Source of the DNA: a virus
Strand: one strand, 5' to 3'
Length of the DNA stretch: 64,000 nucleotides
Virus record (IMG/VR): IMGVR_UViG_3300037010_001386
Span: 2,860 to 66,859 of that record
Within the stretch, counting starts at the first letter, position 1, and each line of letters begins with the position of its first letter. Below the pieces are notes generated by a model. The model saw only the letters and a program-made list of their open reading frames with translations, was not told the DNA's origin and did no database searches. Shown piece after piece: positions 47,908-57,156 of the stretch. Both the position numbers and the translations under genes were made by a program.

Positions 47908-48325
47908 ACAATTTTTAAAATCGTGGATTGATATAACAAGATTTGAAAAGAAATTAAATCAGCAAGAAATAAAACAAATCGATAATGACATCGAGAGATT
48001 AAAGCCTACAAAAAATTCGTCTGAAATAATAACTTATTTAAAAAGAAAGTATCCAAAGATAAACGAACAATATGAAGCAGAAAGAGCATTTTGGACAGAA
48101 ACAAAGAAATTAGATGCTTTAAGAATAAAAGAAGAAGCAAAAGCGTTGGGAGAGGATTTATTTACGATAGAACCGAATACTGGAGCTTGTGAATTTTGTT
48201 TGCAATTTACTCAAAATGGAACAAAGGTATTTAAAGCAAGTGAATTGTTTTTGAATGGTCGACCAATACCTCCATTACACCCTGGATGTTTTTGTCTTCT
48301 AAAACCTTATATCAAAGATGATTAA
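47900..48325 (+). CDS. Short MuF/SPP1 gp7-like head morphogenesis protein
   Basis: AERAFWTE, ACEFC, PPLHPGCFC. Confidence 0.7.
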   Translation: MDKQFLKSWIDITRFEKKLNQQEIKQIDNDIERLKPTKNSSEIITYLKRKYPKINEQYEAERAFWTETKKLDALRIKEEAKALGEDLFTIEPNTGACEFCLQFTQNGTKVFKASELFLNGRPIPPLHPGCFCLLKPYIKDD

Positions 48326-48365
48326 AACTAATTGTAAAGAATGTGGCAATATTTAGAACTCCATT

Positions 48366-48836
48366 ATGTTTAAAATAAACGAACAAAAATTAAAAAGAAG
48401 TATTGATAATGTAAGTAAAGACATTATTGGTAAGTCGTCATCTGAACTCAGAAAGCGAATGGATAGAGTTGCAGAGATTGTTTATAGAACTGCAACAACA
48501 AAAAGACCAGATATCAATGCAGTGGGAAGTGGTATTGCACCAGTTGCAGTTAAAGGTTCTAAAAAGAAACTTGCAGCAATGGGTGCAAGACGAATATCCA
48601 ATCCAGATGCAAAGTTTGGAGTTCCTGTTAGAACTGGTAATTTAAGAAATGCTATTTATAAAGATGTCGAGCAAGATGATAAAAAGATATTAGTAAGAGT
48701 ATGGGTAGATACAAATAAAGCACCTTATGCAAAAGCAATGGAATATGGAACATCTCGTGTTGCAGCAAGACCATTTATTAGGCCAGCATTATCTATGAAC
48801 CAATCGTTAATTGAAAAAATAATAAAAGCAAAATGA
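48366..48836 (+). CDS. HK97 gp10-like tail completion/neck protein
   Basis: PVRTGNLRNAI, YAKAMEYGTS, ARPFIRPA. Confidence 0.85.
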   Translation: MFKINEQKLKRSIDNVSKDIIGKSSSELRKRMDRVAEIVYRTATTKRPDINAVGSGIAPVAVKGSKKKLAAMGARRISNPDAKFGVPVRTGNLRNAIYKDVEQDDKKILVRVWVDTNKAPYAKAMEYGTSRVAARPFIRPALSMNQSLIEKIIKAK

Positions 48837-49249
48837 TTGATATATTATCACAAACAATTTCAACATTAGTTAATGATGCGACATTGGCAACATTAATGTC
48901 CACGACTGTTCCTAATAAAAATATACATTCAGGAAGAGTTGATATTATAAAAGAACAACAAAATACATTGGGATTTCCTACTATAGTATTATTACCTATA
49001 AGTGAAAACTTTTCAACAGTTCCATTAAATGCAAAACAATCAACTATACAAATAGATATATGGGGTAGAAATAGCGAATTAGAAGTATTAAATATATATG
49101 AAAGATTAATGACATTGCTTAATTATAAAACAGGAGATAATAAAGGAACGCATACATTTTGGCAAAGAAGCAATTCATTTACAGAATCATTAGAATCTGG
49201 AGAAAACTTATGGAGAATATCAAGTGATATAGTATTATGGAGTGTTTAA
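48833..49249 (+). CDS. Tail terminator protein
   Basis: LVNDATL, FPTIV, IQIDIW; position. Confidence 0.65.
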   Translation: MIDILSQTISTLVNDATLATLMSTTVPNKNIHSGRVDIIKEQQNTLGFPTIVLLPISENFSTVPLNAKQSTIQIDIWGRNSELEVLNIYERLMTLLNYKTGDNKGTHTFWQRSNSFTESLESGENLWRISSDIVLWSV

Positions 49250-49311
49250 AAAACAATGCAATTTTTCTGTATAATTAAATAAAGGTCTAAATAAAATAAA
49301 TTAATAATAAT

Positions 49312-49788
49312 ATGGCATATACAACAGCAGGAATTCCAGAATCAAGTTATCTGTTTTTTAATTCAGGTTTCTTAGATTTTGGCAACAAAAGAGTAGTTAA
49401 TTTGGATAGTTGCAAGATAGATTATAGTGTAAGTGAAGCATCTTTTTATGTTCTTAACTCAATAAAGAAAGCAGCACATGCTCGTCATTCTTTAACAGTT
49501 ACGATAACAGGAAAGACAAAATCATTTCAACCAGCTATAGATGCATTATTCTTTGGATCTTCGTCAAATGACGCTACTACAACAATGTATTCAGTGTTAG
49601 ATGGACAACCAACAGCACAGAATCCAGTTTTGACAGTTTATGATCAGGACAATAAAGAATATCAGTATCAAATATACGGAGCATTACTTACAAGATATGG
49701 TATCTCAGCAAATCAGGAAGCGTATTCAGAATGGGACTTTACATTAGATTGTTTAGATATTCAACTCATAACACCTTTAAACGCTTAA
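49312..49788 (+). CDS. Tail tube protein
   Basis: 158 aa, beta-rich, between terminator and chaperone; own promoter at 49255-49275. Confidence 0.6.
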   Translation: MAYTTAGIPESSYLFFNSGFLDFGNKRVVNLDSCKIDYSVSEASFYVLNSIKKAAHARHSLTVTITGKTKSFQPAIDALFFGSSSNDATTTMYSVLDGQPTAQNPVLTVYDQDNKEYQYQIYGALLTRYGISANQEAYSEWDFTLDCLDIQLITPLNA

Positions 49789-49808
49789 TTAATTAATAAA
49801 TAATAAAT

Positions 49809-50180
49809 ATGGCAGAAGAAAATACATTATTGGATTTAACAAATCCGCCATTTACATTTAAAATTGGCGATAAAGAATTACAGGTAAAGAAAGCATCGAT
49901 AGTTCAGATAGAACAATTCTATATTAGAAAAGATGCATTAATGAAAAATCCAGAACTAACAGATGAAGTTCGTAGTTTGAAAATGGTATCTTATGCTCTT
50001 TTCTTAATAGCAAACGCAGCAGACAAAAGTATTACTGAATCGTGGATAGAAGAGAATGCGAATAGCGTTAGCAATCCAATTAGTATACTTGCTAAATTGG
50101 GTTTTATAGACCCGCTCCAAGCGGAGATGGTAAGCAAAATTCAGTCGAAATTGATTACAGAAAACAATTCAGTGCAATAA
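49809..50180 (+). CDS. Tail assembly chaperone (gpG-like)
   Basis: Position before tape measure; contains slippery site. Confidence 0.75.
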   Translation: MAEENTLLDLTNPPFTFKIGDKELQVKKASIVQIEQFYIRKDALMKNPELTDEVRSLKMVSYALFLIANAADKSITESWIEENANSVSNPISILAKLGFIDPLQAEMVSKIQSKLITENNSVQ

Positions 50181-50347
50181 CCGCAAGGACAGGATGGACA
50201 CCAGATCAAATAGGAGCATTGACAAGAGAACAATTAAATGCATATATCTGGGCTTGGAATAATGAATCAGTATCACAACCAAGCGATATAACATCTTTCA
50301 ATGCAATGTTACTGAATAGACAACGATTGGAGTCGGGTAATAAATAA
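50099..50347 (+). CDS. -1 frameshift extension of tail chaperone (gpGT-like)
   Basis: G GGT TTT heptamer at 50099-50105, downstream CCGCT-CCA-AGCGG hairpin, -1 frame open to 50347 with GWTPDQIGALT. Confidence 0.8.
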   Translation, partial: GFYRPAPSGDGKQNSVEIDYRKQFSAITARTGWTPDQIGALTREQLNAYIWAWNNESVSQPSDITSFNAMLLNRQRLESGNK

Positions 50348-50359
50348 TAAAAAAACAAA

Positions 50360-51823
50360 ATGTCTGATTTGGAGATAGGAGTATTATTAGACTATTCGAG
50401 TTTAAAATCCCAGTTATCTACAATGATGACTGGGGTAGGAAAACAATTCCAAAATGTTCTTGGAACTGGTTTAGATTTGAATAAAGCAAGTATGGAATCT
50501 TTCAAGACAATGAATTGGTCGCCAATCTTGTCTAAACTTTTTGCTCCTGCAAATTTGATAGCAATGTTTAGTGCTATGGCAGCATTGGGAATAACATCTG
50601 CTATTCAGAATGAACGCAGTGTAACGGATGTTCCAGGTGGTGCCAATTTAACACCTACTCAAAGAGGTGAAATTACAAAAGCAGCAATGGGAATTTCAGA
50701 TACTACAGGAATGAATGCATCTGACATAGCGACATCAATAATGACATTAAAACCAGCATTGGGAAATAATATAGATGCAACAAATCAATTAGCAATACAA
50801 GTAGCAAAAGTAGCTTCAACTACTGGCGATAATTTAGGAACATTATCTGGTGCGTTTGGGGAAATTCTTCAAACTCTTGGAATTACAAATATAGATGATG
50901 CAACAGCACTTTTACAATCTTTTGAAAATGCTGCATCACAATCAGGTCAACAAGTTTCAACATTAATGGATAGTTGGGAAAATTTTAATCCAAAAGTTAA
51001 GGAAGCAAATATTGGACAAAGAGGAATTAATAATGCAATACAAGAATTTGGTGCAGCGGTAGAAGGAGCTGGATTGCCAGCGGCAAATGCTGCGTTTACA
51101 TTATTATTTGATTCTATTACACCTACACAATCTCAAATGGCATTTTCTAATCTTGCAGGAGGTGCTAATAAATTAAAACAAGCAGTTGCAGATGGTCAAA
51201 CTGGCAATGCGTTAAATGGTATTGCAGATGCTGTCAAGAAAATGGAAGTTGATGGAAATATAGAGTTATTGAATAGTCAATTTGGAATTACATCGTCTGT
51301 TCTTGCTGGAATAGAGGGTAATTTGAATACATGGCCCATAGACAAACAAAAAACAATAGATGATGCTTTTAATAATACAAATACAGCAGTAAGACAATTA
51401 AACGCTAGTTGGCAAACTTTTAAAAATTTAATAACAGGAGGATTTACAGACACAGGATTTATAACCTTTTTGACAACAACAATGACTGATTTGAATAATT
51501 TAATTCCTGTAGTAGGCAATGTTAGTAATATGTTTATTTCTTTATGGAAATTTTTACAAGGTGGATGGTTACCAGATGCGTTAACTGGATTAGGTAAGTT
51601 ATTTCAAGGAAATCCATTGGGTGATTTTAAAAACGAGACAACTATACAATCTGCAAATAATTCTTTATCAACCACAATTGCAGATTCATTAAAAACAATA
51701 GCCAAAAATACAGATCCTAATAATCAAAAACCAATTAGTTTTACACCATCATTTTTTTCATCATCTAATAATGCTTCTTATACATCATTGTCGTTACAAA
51801 ATGCATTAAATGGAATACACTAA
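50360..51823 (+). CDS. Tape measure protein (short, 487 aa)
   Basis: Ala/Gly/Gln-rich helical protein following the chaperone pair. Confidence 0.75.
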   Translation: MSDLEIGVLLDYSSLKSQLSTMMTGVGKQFQNVLGTGLDLNKASMESFKTMNWSPILSKLFAPANLIAMFSAMAALGITSAIQNERSVTDVPGGANLTPTQRGEITKAAMGISDTTGMNASDIATSIMTLKPALGNNIDATNQLAIQVAKVASTTGDNLGTLSGAFGEILQTLGITNIDDATALLQSFENAASQSGQQVSTLMDSWENFNPKVKEANIGQRGINNAIQEFGAAVEGAGLPAANAAFTLLFDSITPTQSQMAFSNLAGGANKLKQAVADGQTGNALNGIADAVKKMEVDGNIELLNSQFGITSSVLAGIEGNLNTWPIDKQKTIDDAFNNTNTAVRQLNASWQTFKNLITGGFTDTGFITFLTTTMTDLNNLIPVVGNVSNMFISLWKFLQGGWLPDALTGLGKLFQGNPLGDFKNETTIQSANNSLSTTIADSLKTIAKNTDPNNQKPISFTPSFFSSSNNASYTSLSLQNALNGIH

Positions 51824-53229
51824 TGAATCAATCAATTTTAACAAATTGGGCTAACGCAATTCAAAAATACGAAGGATGGTATATAGGTTCTCGTTCTTAT
51901 AAAAATAATAATCCAGGGAATATTACATATGATGCCGCTATTCAATTAGGAATGGTAGGAGTAACAGGAAGCGATGGAGGTTCTCCTAATATGGCTATTT
52001 TTGATACATACGAAAATGGATTTGCGGGATTGGAACTTTATATAACAAAAGCGTGTTCTGGAACTTGGGGATTATATCCACCAGGAACAACATTTTTACA
52101 ATTTTGTAATATCTATGCTGGTAATCCTTCAAATAATTATATAAATGGTATTGCAAGTGAAATTGGATGTAATACGAATGATATTATTTCTGCTATATTA
52201 AATGGAACATTTTCATCGCAAGGAGAAGCAATTCCAGATTTAAATCCTGATAGTTTAATAGTAACACCAGCAGTAATAACTCTTGGCGGCGATTCTTCTG
52301 ATACTTATAAGTTCGTTGTTCAACAAGGAACATACGAAAGAACTTGGGTTAGATATACGAATTCAAATGCTATATTAGGAACTGGCGGTCAATATATAAA
52401 TATGATTGATAATGGCGTTGGAACTAATTCATATACATTTACTATTATTTGTAGGAATTGGGATTCAAATTCATCTATTGTAAAAAGTGGTGTTCCTGCT
52501 GATTGGAAAACACAAAAAATTAATTTAGAAAAAATTTATGGACAAACAGGAACTGCTCATACTTTTATAGACCCATTTGGACAAAATCCACGACAAGGAT
52601 TGCCAGGTGTATATATAACTAATTTAGAAGAAACTATTGATAGTTCTTCCACGCCAGATAGTCCTTGCACTTTATATGCAGTAACTCTTTTACAAGCTCC
52701 ATTTGGTAGCATTATAGATACTCCAACATTACAAGCAATTCAACCTCCAGCACCATCTAATTTAATGGCAGTTCCAGTTATTGCTCTTGGATTAGATACT
52801 GCAAGTGGAATACAATTATTTGCAATAAAACAAGGTTCATATTCAAGAAAATGGTCGAGATATAATAGTAGCACATCTATTCCAGGGAGTCCTAAATGGT
52901 TAAGTTATGTAGATTATGGACCTGGAATAAATGAATACGATGTAACAATTATTTGCAGAAATTGGGAGCCTACTTCGTTGCCTTATTTATATGGAGTAAC
53001 TCAATCGTGGGCTCAACAGAAAAGCAGTATAGAAAATATGTATAATAAAACAAATACAGCTCATTTCTTTTTAGATGCGTTTGGACAATATCCAACACAA
53101 GATTCAACAAAAGGTGTTTATATTGTAAAACTATCAGAATCAGTTGATGTATCATCTACACCATCAGACCCAGTAACATATTTTGACCTTGTTTTATTAC
53201 AAACACCACCTGGAGTAAATATAGAATAA
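51823..53229 (+). CDS. Tail-tip protein: lysozyme-like N-domain plus two tandem Dit-like repeats
   Basis: EGW...NNNPGNI...ENGF; duplicated ~150-aa unit (QGxYxRxWxRY, TIICRNW, TAHxFxDxFGQ, GVYI). Confidence 0.6.
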   Translation: MNQSILTNWANAIQKYEGWYIGSRSYKNNNPGNITYDAAIQLGMVGVTGSDGGSPNMAIFDTYENGFAGLELYITKACSGTWGLYPPGTTFLQFCNIYAGNPSNNYINGIASEIGCNTNDIISAILNGTFSSQGEAIPDLNPDSLIVTPAVITLGGDSSDTYKFVVQQGTYERTWVRYTNSNAILGTGGQYINMIDNGVGTNSYTFTIICRNWDSNSSIVKSGVPADWKTQKINLEKIYGQTGTAHTFIDPFGQNPRQGLPGVYITNLEETIDSSSTPDSPCTLYAVTLLQAPFGSIIDTPTLQAIQPPAPSNLMAVPVIALGLDTASGIQLFAIKQGSYSRKWSRYNSSTSIPGSPKWLSYVDYGPGINEYDVTIICRNWEPTSLPYLYGVTQSWAQQKSSIENMYNKTNTAHFFLDAFGQYPTQDSTKGVYIVKLSESVDVSSTPSDPVTYFDLVLLQTPPGVNIE

Positions 53230-53240
53230 ACAAAATTAAA

Positions 53241-53591
53241 ATGATTGAAATAACATTACAAGACGGAACTACATTAACTGATTTTGATTGGGATGAAATA
53301 TCTTCAGATACGCTTGTTAATTTTATGGAAAATCAGAAGGTTGTTAAATTATCTTGGTATCCTATAACAAAAATTAAAGTTACTTATGATAATTTGACAA
53401 CAACATTGACACCAAATAAAGATGAAAGAGTTTATTTTGGATATAAATCAATCGCACAGAAAGTAGATAATGAATTAAAAGAACATATAATAGGTTGCGT
53501 GGTTGGAATAGTTAGAAAAGGATTTGTAGTGGAAGAAAACTTTTTAAGCTCAGTCGACAATGAATTACACGGATTAAAAATAAATAAATAA
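53241..53591 (+). CDS. Hypothetical tail-region protein, paralog of 56728-57138
   Basis: Shared WxExS, YP, RVY, GxVVGxVRxGxVxEExF. Confidence 0.65.
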   Translation: MIEITLQDGTTLTDFDWDEISSDTLVNFMENQKVVKLSWYPITKIKVTYDNLTTTLTPNKDERVYFGYKSIAQKVDNELKEHIIGCVVGIVRKGFVVEENFLSSVDNELHGLKINK

Positions 53592-53592
53592 T

Positions 53593-53784
53593 ATGAATAA
53601 TATAACAAGTAAAACAATAGTTACAATGACAATTATAAAAGCGAATGGCAAGATAAAGAATCTTGGTATTGCTTCTGGTGGAACGATAACACAAAAGATT
53701 CTTTTCTGGATAAAAGTAAAGATAAATAATATATGTGCATTAACGGAAAGATTGTTCAAAAAAGGTCGATTAATTAATAAATAA
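53593..53784 (+). CDS. Hypothetical protein
   Basis: 63-aa ORF in operon. Confidence 0.5.
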   Translation: MNNITSKTIVTMTIIKANGKIKNLGIASGGTITQKILFWIKVKINNICALTERLFKKGRLINK

Positions 53785-53790
53785 AATAAA

Positions 53791-54156
53791 ATGGCAACAG
53801 TATTGACAAATACAGGAAGAGCACAGATTATTTCTAGATTGAATTCATCTATAACAACTCCATATATTGGTTGGGGGACAGGAAGTGGAACATCGGCAGT
53901 TACAGATACAACTCTTTTCACAGAAGTAACAGCAGAAAGAGCAGCGGCAACACAATCAATAGTCACAACGACAGTTACTGGGGATACATTACAAGATGTT
54001 GCAACATTAACATCTGTTAATGGTGGAACATATACTAATGTAGGAACATTTGATGCTTCATCTGCTGGTAATTTATATGTTAAGAAAGACTTTACAGGAG
54101 TAGTTCTTAATGCTGGTGATAAAATACAATTCACGATACAACTTCAGCAACTCTAA
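53791..54156 (+). CDS. Small virion structural protein
   Basis: LTNTGR, YIGWGTG, DTTLFTE, GTFDASSAGNL, GDKIQFT. Confidence 0.7.
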   Translation: MATVLTNTGRAQIISRLNSSITTPYIGWGTGSGTSAVTDTTLFTEVTAERAAATQSIVTTTVTGDTLQDVATLTSVNGGTYTNVGTFDASSAGNLYVKKDFTGVVLNAGDKIQFTIQLQQL

Positions 54157-54194
54157 AAGATAAAGAATTAAAGGTTGTTAAAATAAAATAAAAA

Positions 54195-54452
54195 ATGGAT
54201 AATTTTGTTCAGACAAATTCCTATCTTACAAACACAACTTTACTGGGGGTTGTTGTATTATCATTATTTATAATTCTTCAACTGGTATGGCAGAAAAGAA
54301 GTATAAATAGCATTAAAGACAATCACATTCACAGCGTCGCAGAAACACTTGAAAGAATTGAAAATATATTAAACAGGCAATCCGAAACTCTTTCAGATAT
54401 TAAAACAGGAATCGAAGTAGTAAAGACAAAATTAAATGGAATAGATAAATAA
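54195..54452 (+). CDS. Single-TM coiled-coil protein (holin-like)
   Basis: TM helix then NHIHSV coiled coil. Confidence 0.5.
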   Translation: MDNFVQTNSYLTNTTLLGVVVLSLFIILQLVWQKRSINSIKDNHIHSVAETLERIENILNRQSETLSDIKTGIEVVKTKLNGIDK

Positions 54453-54455
54453 AAT

Positions 54456-56723
54456 ATGGCAGCTCATTTTACCAAAGACACAAACGGCACACTAACTACA
54501 GGACTTGTCGGTTATTGGAAAATGGAGGGCAACTCCAATGACTTTTGGGGTTCAAATAATGGTTCGGATACTTCTATTACATACGGGACAAGTTATGGGA
54601 AGATAAATCAGGGGGCGAGTTTTAACGGAAGTTCATCTTACATTTCTTTACCAACATTACCTATTGGTTCACAACATATAACTCTTACTGCTTGGATAAA
54701 ACCTACCGCTAATAGTCACGGCGGAAGAATTATATCACTCTGGAATGGAGGTTATGGAGTTATATTAGGCATTGACAATACAGCGAATCCGATGAAATTA
54801 GGATTTAGTATTAACACTGGCACACGGACTGATGCAAGTGAGACTACGGGAAGTGTTACACCTGGTGTGTGGAACTTCGTAGCACTTACCTATGATGGTA
54901 CAAATGTTCGGCTTTATTCGAATGGTGTTAACACACTTACGGTAGGTCAAACAGGTAATCTTACTCAAGGTAGTTCACATAATTTTGGTATAGCAGAAAA
55001 CAATGACCCAAATCAAGCATATCTCGGTAGTTTAGATGAAGTTGGAATTTGGACTAAAGTTCTTTCCGCAACTGAATTTTCTGATCTCTACAACGGCGGA
55101 GCTGGGGACACGATGGTAATTTCACAAACATATTATCAAACTGTTTTACAGACAGTAACATCAAATGTTATTGCATCTTATGCGAAAGTATTTCCAAAGA
55201 TTTTACAATCCGTAACATCTAATGTTGTTGCATCTTATGTGAAAATTTATGTTAAAAAGATTTTACAATCTGTAACAGCCAATCCTATTGTAACACAAAA
55301 GACTATTATACAGCCAAGTGTAACAGCAGAATGTTGGGGTGGTGGAGGAGGAGGTGATGGTTCGTATGGTGGTGGAGGAGGTGGTTATGGAAAGAAAAAT
55401 AGAATAGTAATTACATCTGGAACTGGTTATACAGTTGTTGTTGGTGCTGGTGGCGTTGCTGGTTCTAATGGTGCTACTGGTGGTGGTCAAAGTTATTTTA
55501 TAAATAATACAACAGTTGCTGGTAATGGCGGTGGTGGTGCTATTAATGCTGGCGGTGCTGGCGGTGGATATGTTGGTGATATTGGATATTCTGGAGGTTC
55601 GGGTGTTTATGGAGGGGGTGGCGGAGCAGGAACAACACAAAATGGTAGTAATGCTTCTGGTGGTAGTGGTGGTAATGGCGGTGTATATGGTGGCGGTGGT
55701 GGTGGTGGTGAAAATGGTGGTAGTGGTGGCACTGGCGGTGGTGCATATCTTGGTTATGGTGGTAGTAATGGTGATAGTTCTCCTAATAGTGTTTATGGCA
55801 GAGATGGTGCTTTTTTTGGCGGTGGTGGTAGTAGTGGTGTTGATGCTGCTGGAAATGGTGCTTCTGGTGCTGTTATAATAACTGCTCCAGTTAGAACAAT
55901 GAATGCAACAGGCGGAACTCATACCATAGTTGGTAGTTTAGATGTTTGGGCTTTTACAACTCCTGGAACTTATACTTGGACACCAACACTTTCACAAACA
56001 TATTATCAAACTGTTTTACAGACAGTAACATCAAATGTTATTGTAAATTATATTAGAGTTTCAAAGATTTTACAAAAAGTAACATCTAATGTTATTGCAC
56101 GTTCTACAATAATACTTTCAAATATTCTTCAGACAGTAACAGCAAATCCTATTGTAAAAAAATGGACTCCTGCAAATCCAGCAATAACATTTACATATCA
56201 AAATAATGGAATAGTTCCAAATTCATTATCTTATTATACAACGATAAACACAACATCACAATTGCCAGTTTTGGTAGGAGAAGAAAGTGACCATATAACT
56301 ATTCGTGTTTATAATAATTATGTAGGTAATATGGGAGCTCCTGAAATATATAATGTTCAATTTCAAACATTCGATGATTTAACATTTATGTCACAAAGCA
56401 CACAACCAGTTACACAATGTTGGTTGCATATGAGACAGACTGGTTTTGGCGAAAATGCATCAAGATATACTCCTGCACTTTATACTGCATATAGCGAAAA
56501 AACAGATACTGCTGTTGGTGGTTCATCATCTGCTTATATACCATCGTGGGGAAGTGATGGAAGTTCAACTGCTATTATAAGAGCTGGAACAACATCTGAT
56601 AGAAGTGGATTTGGAACTGGAATGCTAGAATTTGATACTTATATTTCAATACCAGTTGGAGCATCTGTTAATAATACTGAATATTCTTTTGTGAATGGAA
56701 TTATTTATGATTGGAATAACTAA
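54456..56723 (+). CDS. Tail fibre/adhesin: LamG domain, stalk repeats, glycine-rich domain
   Basis: LVGYWKMEG...LDEVGIW LamG; (I/V)LQxVT(S/A)N repeats; WGGGGGG. Confidence 0.75.
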   Translation: MAAHFTKDTNGTLTTGLVGYWKMEGNSNDFWGSNNGSDTSITYGTSYGKINQGASFNGSSSYISLPTLPIGSQHITLTAWIKPTANSHGGRIISLWNGGYGVILGIDNTANPMKLGFSINTGTRTDASETTGSVTPGVWNFVALTYDGTNVRLYSNGVNTLTVGQTGNLTQGSSHNFGIAENNDPNQAYLGSLDEVGIWTKVLSATEFSDLYNGGAGDTMVISQTYYQTVLQTVTSNVIASYAKVFPKILQSVTSNVVASYVKIYVKKILQSVTANPIVTQKTIIQPSVTAECWGGGGGGDGSYGGGGGGYGKKNRIVITSGTGYTVVVGAGGVAGSNGATGGGQSYFINNTTVAGNGGGGAINAGGAGGGYVGDIGYSGGSGVYGGGGGAGTTQNGSNASGGSGGNGGVYGGGGGGGENGGSGGTGGGAYLGYGGSNGDSSPNSVYGRDGAFFGGGGSSGVDAAGNGASGAVIITAPVRTMNATGGTHTIVGSLDVWAFTTPGTYTWTPTLSQTYYQTVLQTVTSNVIVNYIRVSKILQKVTSNVIARSTIILSNILQTVTANPIVKKWTPANPAITFTYQNNGIVPNSLSYYTTINTTSQLPVLVGEESDHITIRVYNNYVGNMGAPEIYNVQFQTFDDLTFMSQSTQPVTQCWLHMRQTGFGENASRYTPALYTAYSEKTDTAVGGSSSAYIPSWGSDGSSTAIIRAGTTSDRSGFGTGMLEFDTYISIPVGASVNNTEYSFVNGIIYDWNN

Positions 56724-56727
56724 AAAT

Positions 56728-57138
56728 ATGAAAGATAAAATAGCAAAACAAATAAAACCTCGTAAAAATAAAATCGATTTAATAGAAGACGGATATTTTC
56801 ATGTTGTTTTTAATGATAAATCAGAAGCACACGAAAGAGATTTTTCGTGGGCTGAAATGTCAGAACATACGATAGTAGATTATATGGGGCAAAAAAGAAT
56901 TGTTAGATTATGCAAATATCCAGTCAAATCTATTGAAATAAAACACAGAGATTTAATAACAGAAATTCAACCAGAAAAAGATACTGATAGAGTTTATACA
57001 TCTATTCGTTCTATAGCAACAAATGGACATCAAAATATTATATTAGGAAGAGTTGTTGGTGTTGTAAGAAATGGAAAAGTTATAGAAGAAAAGTTTATAG
57101 GAACAGATGATATAAAGGGAGTAAAATTTAACGAATAA
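56728..57138 (+). CDS. Hypothetical tail-region protein, paralog of 53241-53591
   Basis: See paralog; start at MKDKIA. Confidence 0.65.
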   Translation: MKDKIAKQIKPRKNKIDLIEDGYFHVVFNDKSEAHERDFSWAEMSEHTIVDYMGQKRIVRLCKYPVKSIEIKHRDLITEIQPEKDTDRVYTSIRSIATNGHQNIILGRVVGVVRNGKVIEEKFIGTDDIKGVKFNE

Positions 57139-57156
57139 TTGTTATAATAAAGATAT

